In this document: positions 22,177 through 47,170 of the stretch, piece after piece
How the letters are laid out: the number at the start of each line of letters is the position of its first letter
Position numbering within the stretch: position 1 is the stretch's first letter
NCBI GenBank assembly: GCA_002269645.1
Contig: NIVC01000544.1
Location: forward strand, 62,001 to 126,000
Origin: Macrostomum lignano
Taxonomy: Eukaryota
Direction of reading: 5' to 3'
DNA: 64,000 nt
Translations under genes and position numbers: made by a program
The notes under the pieces: generated by a model
Database searches by the model: none
What the model saw: only the letters and a program-made list of their open reading frames with translations
What the model was told of the DNA's origin: nothing

Positions 22177-24084
22177 TGGTTTCGAGAGACGTTTACAAAG
22201 TGCGTAAGAATTTTTTCTCTTGGTGAAAGCTTTTTCAATGAAATTTTCTGATGAACTGACATTAACCAGCAAATGCGCGTAGAGGAACATGCAGTTCATT
22301 TTTAGAATAACACTTAGACATTTAGTATTTGTGGATTAGAGATTCAGTAGCTACAGGACAGTGGGAAAACAAGATCGAAACGTTGCTATTTAGCCTGACG
22401 TGATAAACTGTAGAACAATGGATTTAGATTCATTTAATAAGATTTAAATATTAATACAATAGCTTCATTGCATGTTTTTCATGCAGCAGGATCGATTCGT
22501 ATATCCACTAGCTAGCTCGTAATTGACGTTATTTTTGTTTCTGGCTGACATTTTTAGCTTCTCACTAACATTTTCGTGTAACATATAGTTTTTTCCCGCG
22601 TTTTAGATCGATAGCTAGCTATCTTTAAATCAAAACAAAAAGGCAAAGAAGCATAAAAACCAAGTAAATTTCCTTAAACTTCACGGATGTATCAAGTTTC
22701 CGAGTTTAGATTACCGTATACTTTTAAGTTGCTAACTTAAAAGCATGCAATTTAGGCCGGTATGAATAAATTAATTGAGCAATTGCTCAAACTCGACGAA
22801 AGTCTCAATTCAGTAAGAATAAATTGAGTGCTTGCTACTGAGCAAATTCTCAACATAAATTTTTCAAGAGTATAGCGATTGCTCAAACTCCGAGCTAGCT
22901 ATTTCAGACCAGGACAATTTACTCGTGAGCACTCGCTTACTTTTATTTATACGGTCTTTTGGATTTTTTAAAAAGCTAACAAATACTATTTTAGTATTTT
23001 GCATACCTTTGATAGCTAATGTCCTATTGCACAATATAATCTTTTTTCTCGACCTAGATATACTGTTTTGCTATGCTGACCCCTGCAGTTTTCAATAAAA
23101 TTGGTATTTTTAAATAATTTTTGTTCCTTAGCGCAAGATAGGCTGTAGCCAGCCAATTATATAACCGACACTAGTTCGTCTTTGTTCCCCCTCCTTGTAC
23201 TCCTTTTTTACGATACAAATTGGAATATTTATTCAGTGTTTTGTATTTTTTTACACTTTTATTCGCTTTAACGCAATCATTTGTTACTCAAGCTTATCTA
23301 ACTACCTGAAATAATTTCAATTTAATAACAATAACAAACTAATGAAAAAGTAACTGCTATATTTAGTTTTCAACGGCTTAAGGCAAATAAATAAATGATC
23401 TATTTGCCAGACAATTTAATCTATTTATTCAAGAATTTGTGTGAAATTTGTGATAATATTTATCCAACCACATTTATCTATTTTACTCTTTTCTGTCGTA
23501 GTTTTTCGTGTTTTATGCAACTAGCTAATTATAACTAAGAGTTACTAGGAATACCTTTTCCAGTTATTCAGTTAATTACTCAATCATTTTTATATTTTTT
23601 ATTAGAATACATCGAAGTTGGAATTAATTATTTTTTTCCTCTTAAATCATTACTGTATTATTTTCTTGTCATTATTTCCAGCTGAAGTACTCTCGATACC
23701 TACGTATAAGCCGGTAATCGTTGCTTTAAAGTACACAAACGTGACTGACTACATCGATATTAATGTGAGATATATCAGCTCACTAACACACAAATATTGA
23801 CGACAAAATATATAATAACCATCCAGATACATGCAAAAGCAGGAAAGTACCGGCTCTGATTAATTAAAAACCCGTCTCGAGAAGAAAACTATATGTACAT
23901 GTAGCTATGAAGAGCATTCAGATGGATCTAAAAGGTAAAGATTGATGTACGGGATACATACAAAGACATTATTTTGTCGCTTAAAATCAATTCTTCGATT
24001 GAAGTGCAGAAGTTGGTAAAAAATTAAATAAATTTCAGACCAGATATACAACTATTTTTTTCATTTTATCTCTCTGCGCCTTGG

Positions 24085-24200
24085 GTGCTGGCCCTCATGG
24101 GTGTACAAGCCCCAAATAAATGTGGTCGCACACGGAATCGAACCAGCTGGGGTCGGGGCGCAAGAATCAGCTGCTCGACTGGCTTTTTTTCAACATGGAC
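24085..24200 (-). mobile_element. tRNA-derived SINE head remnant
   Basis: The minus strand has a B-box context, GGTTCGATTCCGTGTGCGACCA. The rest is degenerate. Confidence 0.4.
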
Positions 24201-24773
24201 TCAGCTACTACCTACTTGCATGGCCTATGCTTTTGGATTGTTTATTTTAGATTGGCGACTTGGCTGGGCCAGCATATACTTATTTGGGGCGTCAAATTAT
24301 AGTATAGTAACCGCAGGAATTAGCACTGTATATACTCAGCAACGTCGAAAAGTCGGCATCACAGAAGATTCCGTCTGTAGTCTTCACTTTTGAGAGTGCA
24401 GGTAAAGTCTTTCAATCTTTGCGAGCGACGCAACTTAGCTACGCCGCGGCAGACTTGAGTTGAGGAATGAAGTGAGGGGAGCGTTGATTAAAGCTACCCC
24501 GATCAGTTTTCTCGTATCATTTATTTCAGAATAGTCCAAGAGAAATTGCTCACTGGCGCATAATAGAATAGCAACTTTTCAATTTGGCCGAATATATTTG
24601 AGGTTGCAACTTTGATATTCATATTTTTCTAACCCGCAAATCGATCAGAACAATAGGATTGCTACCAAAACTCTGTTGATCATTAGGAGTATGTAACCAT
24701 GAGAATTTCAAACCAAGTTTACTCTGGGATGTTGATGATAAATTAGCATCATTAGGACGAATCTTTAAGCTCC

Positions 24774-27486
24774 TCAATTCTGCTCCTCCAAGTCTGCCAG
24801 CGTGTCCTGCGGCAGCTCGCGGAGCTTCTTCAGTCTGTTCAGCACGTCATCGTCGCTGTCACCGAGCGCCTGCACTACCAGTTTGAAGGAGAAATCCCAG
24901 CAGCGCGTCACCAGGTCCGAGTCCAGCACGGGTTTGTGCCAGGGCTCGCTGCGGCATTTGTTGAAATATCTTCCGCTCTTGCCGCTGTCCGTTTCCAGGT
25001 CTGCGGCCCGGAGCAAAATGCCTTTGCAGCCTGGGTGGATTGAACAAATGGCAACAGATAATTCCCCATCCTCAACAAGATGATTCCCCATACTCAACAA
25101 GATGATTCCCCATCCTCAACAAGATGATTCCCCATCCTCAACAAGATGATTCCCCATACTCAACAAGATGATTCCTTATCCTCAACAAGATGATTCCCCA
25201 TCCTCAACAAGATGATTCCCCATACTCAACAAGATGATTCCTTATCCTCAACAAGATGATTCCCCATCCTCAACAAGATGATTCCCCATCCTCAACAAGA
25301 TGATTCCCCATCCTCAACAAGATGATTCTCCATTCTCAACAAGATGATTCCCCATCCTCAACAAGATGATTCCCCATCCTCAACAAGATGATTCCCCATA
25401 CTCAACAAGATGATTCCTTATCCTCAACAAGATGATTCCCCATCCTCAACAAGATGATTCCCCATCCTCAACAAGATGATTCCCCATCCTCAACAAGATG
25501 ATTCTCCATTCTCAACAAGATGATTCCCCATCCTCAACAAGATGATTCCCCATCCTCAACAAGATGATTCTCCATTCTCAACAAGATGATTCCCCATCCT
25601 CAACAAGATGATTCCTTATCCTCAATAAGATAATTCCCCATCCTCAACAAGATGATTCCCCATCCTCAACAAGATGATTCCCCATCCTCAACAGGATGAT
25701 TCTCCATTCTCAACAGGATGATTCCTTATCCTCAACAAGATGATTCCCCATCCTCAACAGGATGCTTCTCCATCCTGAACCAAATTATTTCCCATCCTGA
25801 ACCAGATAATTCCCCATCCTGAACCAGATAGTTCCCCATCCTGAACCAGATAATTCCCCATCCTAAACCAGATAATTCCCCATCCTGAACCAGATGATTC
25901 CCCATCCTGAACCAGATGATTCCCCATCCTGAACCAGATTCTCCATCCTAATCCAAAATCTACATTCTGAAGTTCATACATTTGTTCAATTCACCATATT
26001 CTACAGTAAAACTAATTATGTTGACAAGCACAAGGTACGCAATTATTGTGACACAATCTACCTTGTCGCGGCGACAGCATCATGCAGCGCATGCAGCACC
26101 TGAGACAAGGCCGACACGGGGCAATGCAGCCTCGAACAACGTGCCGGCCGATGTCGGTGCAAACCACACCGGGGTGCACAGCGTACACCATGGCCGTAGC
26201 GCTGGACAGCCGCCTCAGTGCGCTCCGGAGCCACAGGGCAAACAGACAGACCGCCAGCTTGCTGTTGCTGTAGGCTTTCATCTTCTTGTACGACTCCTCT
26301 GTCCAGTTGTTCCATTCGGACACTTCAAAGTTGCCGCGTTTGTAGACGGCGCCTTTGGTGAATTTGGGTTTGCACAATGCGTCACAGAATTTCAATAGAG
26401 CGCTGGATCAGAGCTCGTGATGCGAAAACGCTTTATTCCGCTAAACTCATATTAATAATCTTAATATATAATTGATTACACCTCCCGAAATTGGGCTAGA
26501 TGTGCAACCGACAGCTCAGCCGCAGCTATTTGCGCGGCGCATCTGAAGGCTGCGTACGGCTGTTCAGTTCAAGGGCTGGGGGGTCGCCACACACACCCTC
26601 AATTACCCCAGCTAATGCTGGCACCCAGGTGGATGAATTGAAGCAATGCAGAGTTAAGTGTCTTGCTCAAGGACACAAACTGTTTCAGTGGAATCGGGAA
26701 TCGAACCCCCGACCTTCAAGTAGTGAGTCCGATCGTTAACTACTAGGCTACAACCCCCTAGCTCAACTCACACACACGCTCACACAGGGTGCACAGCAGC
26801 ACTGACTTTCTAATCGTCAGGCATGTACACTCCCTGTGCCTTTGGGATTGGCTCCCAAGAGGGAGTGAGTCGCACGAAAACCCCGGCAAATGTTTGCTCA
26901 CAGCAAGTCTCAAATAACATCATAAGTAGTGTAAAATAAATTAAGATGTAATGCAATATTGTTTTCGGTAAAACGGTTCAATAAAACTTAATGTAATGGC
27001 TTTTTCACGGTTTTGTTCTCCCCGTTACTCACCTGTCACCAGAATGACCTTGGCACCCTGGCTGAGTTGACCCTTGGATAGAAGCATGCAGGTGAGCACA
27101 AAATGGCCCAAATGATTGGCAGCCAGCGTGGACTCCACGCCCTCTTTCGTCAGCTCAAAGGGCGCCCCGAATATGCCGGCATTGTTCACCAGGATGTCGA
27201 TGTGGGGCTCGGAGAAGCCTCGACAGAAGGCTGCAACGGATTTCACAAGCGATATGTCAGCGGAAACCAGGTGCAAATCGGCGGCAGGATGCTTCTCCCA
27301 GATTCGATCGCGGGCCAACTTGCCGCGCTCTAGCGATCGGACCAGCATGATCACCTTGGCCTGACGACGGGCGAATTCAAGGGCGGCCGCCTCACCGATG
27401 CCGCCGCTGGCTCCGGTGATGAGGACAACTTTACCGCTGAACTCCGTGTCAGTGAGGTCAGCCAGGGAGCGCGCTTGTTTGATCAT
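24774..27486 (-). CDS. Short-chain dehydrogenase/reductase, RDH11/12/13/14-like, 3 exons
   Basis: Model complement(join(27486..27033, 26352..26062, 25030..24774)) gives 1002 nt (333 aa plus stop) with phase-1 GT-AG introns. Motifs: TGASGGIG (TGxxxGxG), DILVNNAGI, ANHLGHF, YSNSK (YxxxK), VHPGVVCTDIGR, SPRQG|CKGIL, SGRYF. The exon-2 acceptor is inferred from homology and phase. Confidence 0.9.
25060..25945. repeat. 22-bp minisatellite (GATGATTCCCCATCCTCAACAA)n in SDR intron 2
   Basis: Period 22. The unit shifts to a ...CCTGAACCA variant after ~25770. Confidence 0.95.
26474..26762 (-). mobile_element. tRNA-derived SINE, family A
   Basis: Reverse complement of the copy at 44945-45220. Has A and B boxes and a central CCTTGAGCAAGACACTTAAC. 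Confidence 0.85.
26770..26890 (-). mobile_element. SINE fragment related to family B
   Basis: Shares TCGT(C/T)AGGCATGTACACT..CTGTGCCTT with the copies at 30688, 57343 and 59588. Confidence 0.5.
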
Positions 27487-28184
27487 GTTTTTTGTAAAAA
27501 AGCGTTTGTGATCTAGCAATAAACTCTAACTACAATTGTACAAAAGCAATTCAATCTATTTATAAGCGATGTTAATTTCCATCATCTTGGCAGTAGCGAA
27601 TTGCTGACGATATTCTACGGCTTAGTATTGTCTATGGTCAAGTTAACCTCAGCTCTTTGGTCAAGTGGCTCTATATACAGCAGACTAAGAGGTTGCTGGA
27701 GTATAGGCAATCTTTTGGCCATAGACGTTGGCCATCCTTTGTGGAAGTGTGTGGGAAGTGGGCTTGCAGCATGCAGCATGGATTTCTCCACCTATCATCT
27801 GGACCGGAAAACTCTTGCCCATAGTTTATAACATGACGTGAGGGTCGTAGATTTCTCGTCAGATGAAATCAACATGCATTTCTCCCTGGCTACTGCCTGT
27901 GAGTGGAATTTAGCTCTTCTGCTGCACATATCGCTGTATCTATAGCTATTCTTTGTTTTTTGTTTGTCATGTGTAAATAGCAATATATCACTAATATTTC
28001 TAACTTTAAGTTACTTCTTAATAAAAGAAAGTTTTTCTTAGTTTAAATAATATTATAGCACTAAAATTCGCTGCTTGCCTACTAGGATCTTACGTGGAAA
28101 GAGTGGTATATATGTAACTTTTTTGTTGACAAGTGTCATTCAGAATGCATTCTATGGTTTCCTACTATGGAAAGAGCCGAATAT

Positions 28185-29915
28185 GTGATTAGTCACTGTT
28201 GAACTGGAGTGATTAGTCACTGTTGAACTGGAGTGATAAGTCACTGTTGAACTGGAGTGATTAGTCACTGTTGAACTGGAGTGATAAGTCACTGTTGAAC
28301 TGGAGTGATAAGTCACTGTTGAACTGGAGTGATTAGTCACTGTTGAACTGGAGTGATAAGTCACTGTTGAACTGGAGTGATAAGTCACTGTTGAACTGGA
28401 GTGATTAGTCACTGTTGAACTGGAGTGATAAGTCACTGTTGAACTGGAGTGATAAGTCACTGTTGAACTGGAGTGATAAGTCACTGTTGAACTGGAGTGA
28501 TTAGTCACTGTTGAACTGGAGTGATAAGTCACTGTTGAACTGGAGTGATAAGTCACTGTTGAACTGGAGTGATTAGTCACTGTTGAACTGGAGTGATAAG
28601 TCACTGTTGAACTGGAGTGATAAGTCACTGTTGAACTGGAGTGATAAGTCACTGTTGAACTGGAGTGATATTATAAGTCACCATTGAACTGCACTAATAA
28701 GTCACCATTGAACTGGAGTGATAAGTCACCATTGAACTGGAGTGATAAGTCACCATTGAACTGGAGTGATAAGTCACCATTGAACTGGAGTGATAAGTCA
28801 CCATTAAACTGGAGTGATAAGTCACTGTTGAACTGGAGTGATTAGTCACTGTTGAACTGGAGTGATTAGTCACTGTTGAACTGGAGTGATAAGTCACTGT
28901 TGAACTGGAGTGATAAGTCACTGTTGAACTGGAGTGATAAGTCACTGTTGAACTGGAGTGATTAGTCACTGTTGAACTGGAGTGATAAGTCACTGTTGAA
29001 CTGGAGTGATAAGTCACTGTTGAACTGGAGTGATAAGTCACTGTTGAACTGGAGTGATATTATAAGTCACCATTGAACTGCACTAATAAGTCACCATTGA
29101 ACTGGAGTGATAAGTCACCATTGAACTGGAGTGATAAGTCACCATTGAACTGGAGTGATAAGTCACCATTGAACTGGAGTGATAAGTCACCATTGAACTG
29201 GAGTGATAAGTCACCATTAAACTGGAGTGATAAGTCACTGTTGAACTGGAGTGATTAGTCACTGTTGAACTGGAGTGATTAGTCACTGTTGAACTGGAGT
29301 GATAAGTCACTGTTGAACTGGAGTGATAAGTCACTGTTGAACTGGAGTGATAAGTCACTGTTGAACTGGAGTGATTAGTCACTGTTGAACTGGAGTGATA
29401 AGTCACTGTTGAACTGGAGTGATAAGTCACTGTTGAACTGGAGTGATAAGTCACTGTTGAACTGGAGTGATATTATAAGTCACCATTGAACTGCACTAAT
29501 AAGTCACCATTGAACTGGAGTGATAAGTCACCATTGAACTGGAGTGATAAGTCACCATTGAACTGGAGTGATAAGTCACCATTGAACTGGAGTGATAAGT
29601 CACCATTGAACTGGAGTGATAAGTCACCATTAAACTGGAGTGATAAGTCACTGTTGAACTGGAGTGATTAGTCACTGTTGAACTGGAGTGATTAGTCACT
29701 GTTGAACTGGAGTGATAAGTCACCATTGAACTGGAGTGACAAGTCACCATTGAACTGCACTAATAAGTCACCATTGAACTGGAGTGACAAGTCACCATTG
29801 AACTGCACTAATAAGTCACCATTGAACTGCACTAATAAGTCACCATTGAACTGGAGTGATAAGTCACCATTGAACTGCACTAATAAGTCACCATTAAACT
29901 GGAGTGATAAGTCGC
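28185..29915. repeat. 24-bp minisatellite (AGTCACTGTTGAACTGGAGTGATA)n with higher-order structure
   Basis: Period 24. A variant block GATATTATAAGTCACCATTGAACTGCACTAAT recurs at ~28668, ~29057 and ~29470. Confidence 0.95.
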
Positions 29916-30687
29916 TGTTAAACCAGAATTTCCTAGAATTCGTAAAGAAAAATTCCTTTAAAAAATTCATACAGTACTTCCATCCCGAAGAAAGTATTAA
30001 TTACAGCTCGCATATATTCTGACCCCTAAAGGCAAGCCTCAGTGTGCTAGCATATTGATAGAATAATTAACATAAATTCCATGCTAGCCTACAGAATTCT
30101 ATCTCCTGATCTGAAACAGGTCCTGCCGGTCCCACCGCAGTCAAATCCAAAGAAACTGAAACTATATTACCAGACTTCCGAAAAATATACCCAGCTTCAT
30201 TCCAGACTTTTGCAAAGACTCTATTTGACTTATATTATTTCGTAAAGTTGGCTTGAAGCCAAACTTTCAAGTCTTTTACCAGTTTTCATTCGAGGTAGGA
30301 GAGACCGAAATTTCATCGGCTAATCCTAGAGGCTTACAGCGGCAAGTGGGACAACCAATGACCACGTTTTTGTGGAGATACAGAGAGAGACGGAGAGCTG
30401 GTGGCATTCTCTGGCAAGTGCAGCATACAAGCTGTTCCTCAAAGCTGTCTCTGTCAACGATAGTACATCAGATCTGATATTGTCTGCTGCTCAAAAAGCC
30501 TGAATAAAAGTGCGCATGCTCGTAAGTGAAGTTTGTTGTAATTTTTTATCAACATCCACCGAAACAGATAATTTGCAGCAAAATACTAAAGTACTTCCGG
30601 AGATTATGAACTTTCGTGCAAAATGAAAATGGTCAACAGTTTTAGTTTCGAGTTTTTGAAGTTTTCAGCTTTTTTATTCATAGTAGA

Positions 30688-31040
30688 GGCAAGGGGCTGT
30701 GTGCACCATTTGGCGCACTTTAAGCGACATTGTCACACAACCGGCGAGAGGCATCACTGCCCCCATTCCGCCGACTCCCCTGAGAAGGCACACAAGCGCG
30801 CGGATACGTACGCAGGCACACACTCACACAGGAGTGTACAGCGGCCCTAACTTCATTTATCGTTAGGCATGTACACTTCACTATGCCTTGGGTGGTTGAC
30901 CCTCAAGGACGTTAGTTGCACGAGCAGAGCCAAGCCGAGATTCCAATTTATCCACAAAAATTAATGTGACTGCAAATGGAATCGAGCCTGGGCCACTGGC
31001 ACATCAGAGCGTCCTGGAACACTCACTGGGCTACCCCCCT
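30688..31040 (-). mobile_element. tRNA-derived SINE, family B
   Basis: The minus-strand head is GGGGTAGCCCAGTG...GGCTCGATTCC. Highly similar copies at 59588-59915 and 57343-57495. Confidence 0.8.
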
Positions 31041-32087
31041 AAACTTAAAAAGTTAGTCTCATGACGTTAAGTTTTAAGATTTTATCAATAAAAATGACCC
31101 ATTTGAAGAGTCTGGCACGTCCTTTTACTTTAAATGTCCACGATATCCAGCTTATTCGAAATTCAAGTGCTTTTTCAGAGGACAATATAAAGGCCAAGGT
31201 AGTAACTCGTTGACATGTTTAGGTAGAGGCGGTTGAATAGTTTGATGCAAATTGATGCTTGTTGGATCAAATTGCATACTGCCGTGCCAACCTTGCTACC
31301 ATAGACAAAAGCTACATCACGTTGGCAAACGTATCTTGGATTAAATTCAACGCGTGCAAGTCCAAATGGGCTGCGAAAAGCTATATTAAAAAGTTTTTTA
31401 AGTTTACGTTGAACTTTTTTTTGCGGTCTTGCGGTCGATCGAAAAATCCCTACTTTTTGCGCAGGCTACCCAACTCGTAATTGGCATCCATATATACGCT
31501 GAAGCATTCATCGATCAAGTTTTTGAAATCTCGCGTATCTGTCAGCGCCTGTCCATCACATGGCTACGAGAGGCTCCAGTATTACGTACATGGCTAGCTA
31601 TTATAGTTGCTATGCTCAACCCTGAGACCAGACTGTGGAATAGAGAGAGGGGTAGAGGAGAGAGAAAGTATAACTTAGTAATCGCTAGGTTGGCTGCGAA
31701 GTTGTAAAACTATTCGATAAAGCATATGCATGTGAGAGTATTAATACTGTACAATTATAAGCGATTACACTGCAGCCATTCTGGTGGCTCAGTGGATGGA
31801 GTCACCAGTCAATCAATCATTTTTTCGAGGCCAAGTAATTGCTTAACCTTCTGGTCCAACTGACTGGCTGATTGGCGAGTTTTATGCATTAATTTCTACC
31901 CACATATTTAATCGCCAAAGGCAGATGATGGATAAGCCAAGAATATTATCATCGGTTGATTTGCACTTATATTTGTATCTAATCCTCTAACAGTAATATA
32001 TGATGATGCAGACTTGGGTTGCATATATTTTTATTTATTACGAGTGATCGACTTTAGTCATAACAAGATTAGTTTGGATCAGTCAGA

Positions 32088-32628
32088 CATAGATCTGACA
32101 GTATAGATCTGACAGTATAGATCTCAGTATAGATCTGACAGTATAGATCTGACAGTATAGATCTGACAGTATAGATCTCAGTATAGATCTGACAGTATAG
32201 ATCTCAGTATAGATCTGACAGTATAGATCTGACAGTATAGATCTGACAGTATAGATCTCAGTATAGATCTGACAGTATAGATCTGACAGTATAGATCTGA
32301 CAGTATAGATCTCAGTATAGATCTGACAGTATAGATCTGACAGTATAGATCTGACAGTATAGATCTCAGTATAGATCTGACAGTATAGATCTGACAGTAT
32401 AGATCTGACAGTATAGATCTGACAGTATAGATCTCAGTATAGATCTGACAGTATAGATCTGACAGTATAGATCTGACAGTATAGATCTGACAGTATAGAT
32501 CTCAGTATAGATCTGACAGTATAGATCTGACAGTATAGATCTGACAGTATAGATCTCAGTATAGATCTGACAGTATAGATCTCAGTATAGATCCGCCAGT
32601 TATAGATCTCAGTATAGATCTGACAGTA
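32088..32628. repeat. 14/12-bp minisatellite (AGTATAGATCTGAC / AGTATAGATCTC)n
   Basis: Read directly. Each unit carries the AGATCT palindrome. Confidence 0.95.
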
Positions 32629-32685
32629 CAGTCATCTGACATTGTAATAACACCATTGCTTTTAACCTTCCTTTTCTTTCAACAG

Positions 32686-44657
<11,972 letters not shown>

Positions 44658-44944
44658 TTAAAAACTGCTTTTGTTGCATGGTTTTGACGAAGGCTTTAGC
44701 GAAAACAAAATTTTTATGCTTTAGTTTTTTAATAATCAAAAAGTGAGCTGCGATGCATGCACGCTAATCGGTATATTTGTGTAAACAATGAACTCTCGGT
44801 GTAACTAAGGAATTCTCCTTGTAACTAAGGAACTCTCGGCGTAACTAAGGAAATCTCTGTGTAACAAGATCGTTCGACTAGGGGGTGGAAATCGACTATA
44901 AAGTTAATTTTTTACACTACTTGATAGCATATATAGCAATAGGC

Positions 44945-45220
44945 TAGGGGGTTGTAGCCTAGTGGTCAGAGCGTCGGTCTCACAACTTGAAGGTCGGAGG
45001 TTCGATTCTCGACCCACTCGGAACCATTTTTGTCCTTGAGCAAGACACTTAACTTTGCATTGTTCACCCAGCAGTAAAATGGGTGACCAGCATTAGCTGG
45101 GGTAACTGAGGGTGTGTGTGGCGACCCCCAGCCGTACGCAGCCTTCAGATGCGCCGCGCAATAGCTGCGGCTGAGCTGTCGGTTGCACATCTGGCCCATT
45201 AAGGCAGGTGTAATCAATCA
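44945..45220 (+). mobile_element. tRNA-derived SINE, family A, near full length
   Basis: A box TAGCCTAGTGG, B box GGTTCGATTC, central GTCCTTGAGCAAGACACTTAAC...GTAAAATGGGTGACC, and 3' tail GTGTAATCAATCAA. Confidence 0.88.
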
Positions 45221-46084
45221 AGACTATTTTTAATTACTACTTGTAAATAAGCTTTACCGGAATATCTATCGCTAGTTTTTATGCCTCCACTTAAACATAA
45301 AATTTTCCCGCAATGGTACCAGTGCAGTGTAATCATAGTAGTTATGAATGATCTGGATAAATATACGAAAAATATACGAATGCACACAGCTTGTCAATTA
45401 AACTTTGATTCATAAGCTGTGCAATTATATTATTACAGAAAATGAATTTCAATTTTGTTTTAACTTATCCGGGAGCAGACTTAATTTGTTTGTGAAGATT
45501 TCCACGAAGAAAATAATCATAAAAATATTACGACTAACATAATTAGTGTTAGAAAATGGCCATCTTCCCGCGTCTCCTGCAGGGGAGGGGTCAGAAAGAC
45601 GGAGACAAAGGACATATAATGAGGAGAAGAAAGAAGGTGGTTACAAAGTCATGATCAGTTCATCAACATCAAAATATGTCGATTCGTTAGAAAATGCAGA
45701 CAGCATCATCGCGAAGCTAAAGACAAAAAATCGTTGAGCGCGTTGGGGCCTACTATAAGTAAGATAAATCTGCTTTCTTATATCACCGACATAGTATTAG
45801 CAGACTACTGATGTACTCGTAAAATAGAAGGAGTTGATTTTACTGTTTATTTCTGCCAACTGCCTGCATTTCTGTAAAATGATATTTTTGTTCGGGTATA
45901 TAGCTAACCATTTTTACAATTGAAACAAGTTCTTTTCACTAAAATTCGAATTATTTATTTCACCCAGCAACATGTTCAAGTTTTTGACTCGAATTAATAT
46001 CACAAGTTTATCCATAGGATGCCTGATGGCTCTATCCCTAGTGAGTGAGCGTTCTAGTGAGCTAGTGTGACAAGGTATTTCTAT

Positions 46085-46720
46085 TTCTAAGTGCAGAAAG
46101 ACAGACGCCATGACAAACAGACACCAAGACAAACAGACACCAAGACAAACAGACACCAAGACAAACAGACACCAAGACAAACAGACACAAAGACAGACAG
46201 GCACCAAGACAAACAGACACAAAGACAGACAGGCACCAAGACAAACAGGCACCAAGACAAACAGGCACCATGACAAACAGACACCAAGACAAACAGACGC
46301 CATGACAAACAGGCACCAAGACAAACAGGCACCAAGACAAACAGGCACCATGACAAACAGACACCAAGACAAACAGACGCCATGACAAACAGGCACCAAG
46401 ACAAACAGACACCAAGACAAACAGGCACCAAGACAAACAGGCACCTAGACAAACAGGCACCAAGACAAACAGGCACCAAGACAAACAGGCACCAAGACAA
46501 ACAGGCACCAAGACAAACAGGCACCTAGACAAACAGACACCGAGACAAACAGACGCAAAGACAAACATACACAAAGACAGACACCAAGACAAACAGACAC
46601 CGAGACAAACAGACACCAAGACAAACAGACACCGAGACAAACAGACGCAAAGACAAACAGACACCAAGACAGACACCAAGATAAACAGAGACCGAGACAA
46701 ACAGACGCTAAGACAAACAG
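46085..46720. repeat. GACA-derived ~16-bp minisatellite, same family as 43155-44245
   Basis: Read directly. Variant units AGGCACC and GCCATG are present. Confidence 0.95.
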
Positions 46721-47170
46721 ACTATATATCTGATGATATAGACCATCATTCAGACACATAGCGGTATATAGCTACACATATTTTACAATTGATCAAGTCT
46801 GTTAACTCTGCAACATGTTCAAATTTCCACCCCGAAAGCATGCTGCGGTTAACAAGGTGGCAGCTATAATTTAACTCAAGCCATAACTCTTCCACTCTCT
46901 CCACAACCAGTTTAAGCTGGGGCATTGTGACGCAAGTTTGCATCACCCACAGAGAGCTGTGAATTACGTCACTTCGGGCTGGGATCTGAGCCACTTTAAC
47001 GTGTTGCTGAGTGCATGTTTCAACTATGTACATCGTCACCGGATGAATATTGTCCTTCAGCGTCCTTCTATTTCAGTAATCTGTTAGATTTTATGTACCA
47101 CGGAAGGCAAGTAACGTATTCAGGTGTACATGTTGCAAAAAGATCATCGCTTTTAGGATTTCGGAAGTTG

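Noticed and set aside
22755-22915. Possible small MITE (GGCCGGTATGAATAA ... TATTTCAGACCAGG) with internal TTGAGCAATTGCTCAA palindromes
   Set aside because: The terminal match is too imperfect, and I found no TSD or second copy in the window.
28152-30022. TYHSSSTV and NWSDKSPL repeat ORFs
   Set aside because: Translations of a 24-bp minisatellite, with no splice or homology support.
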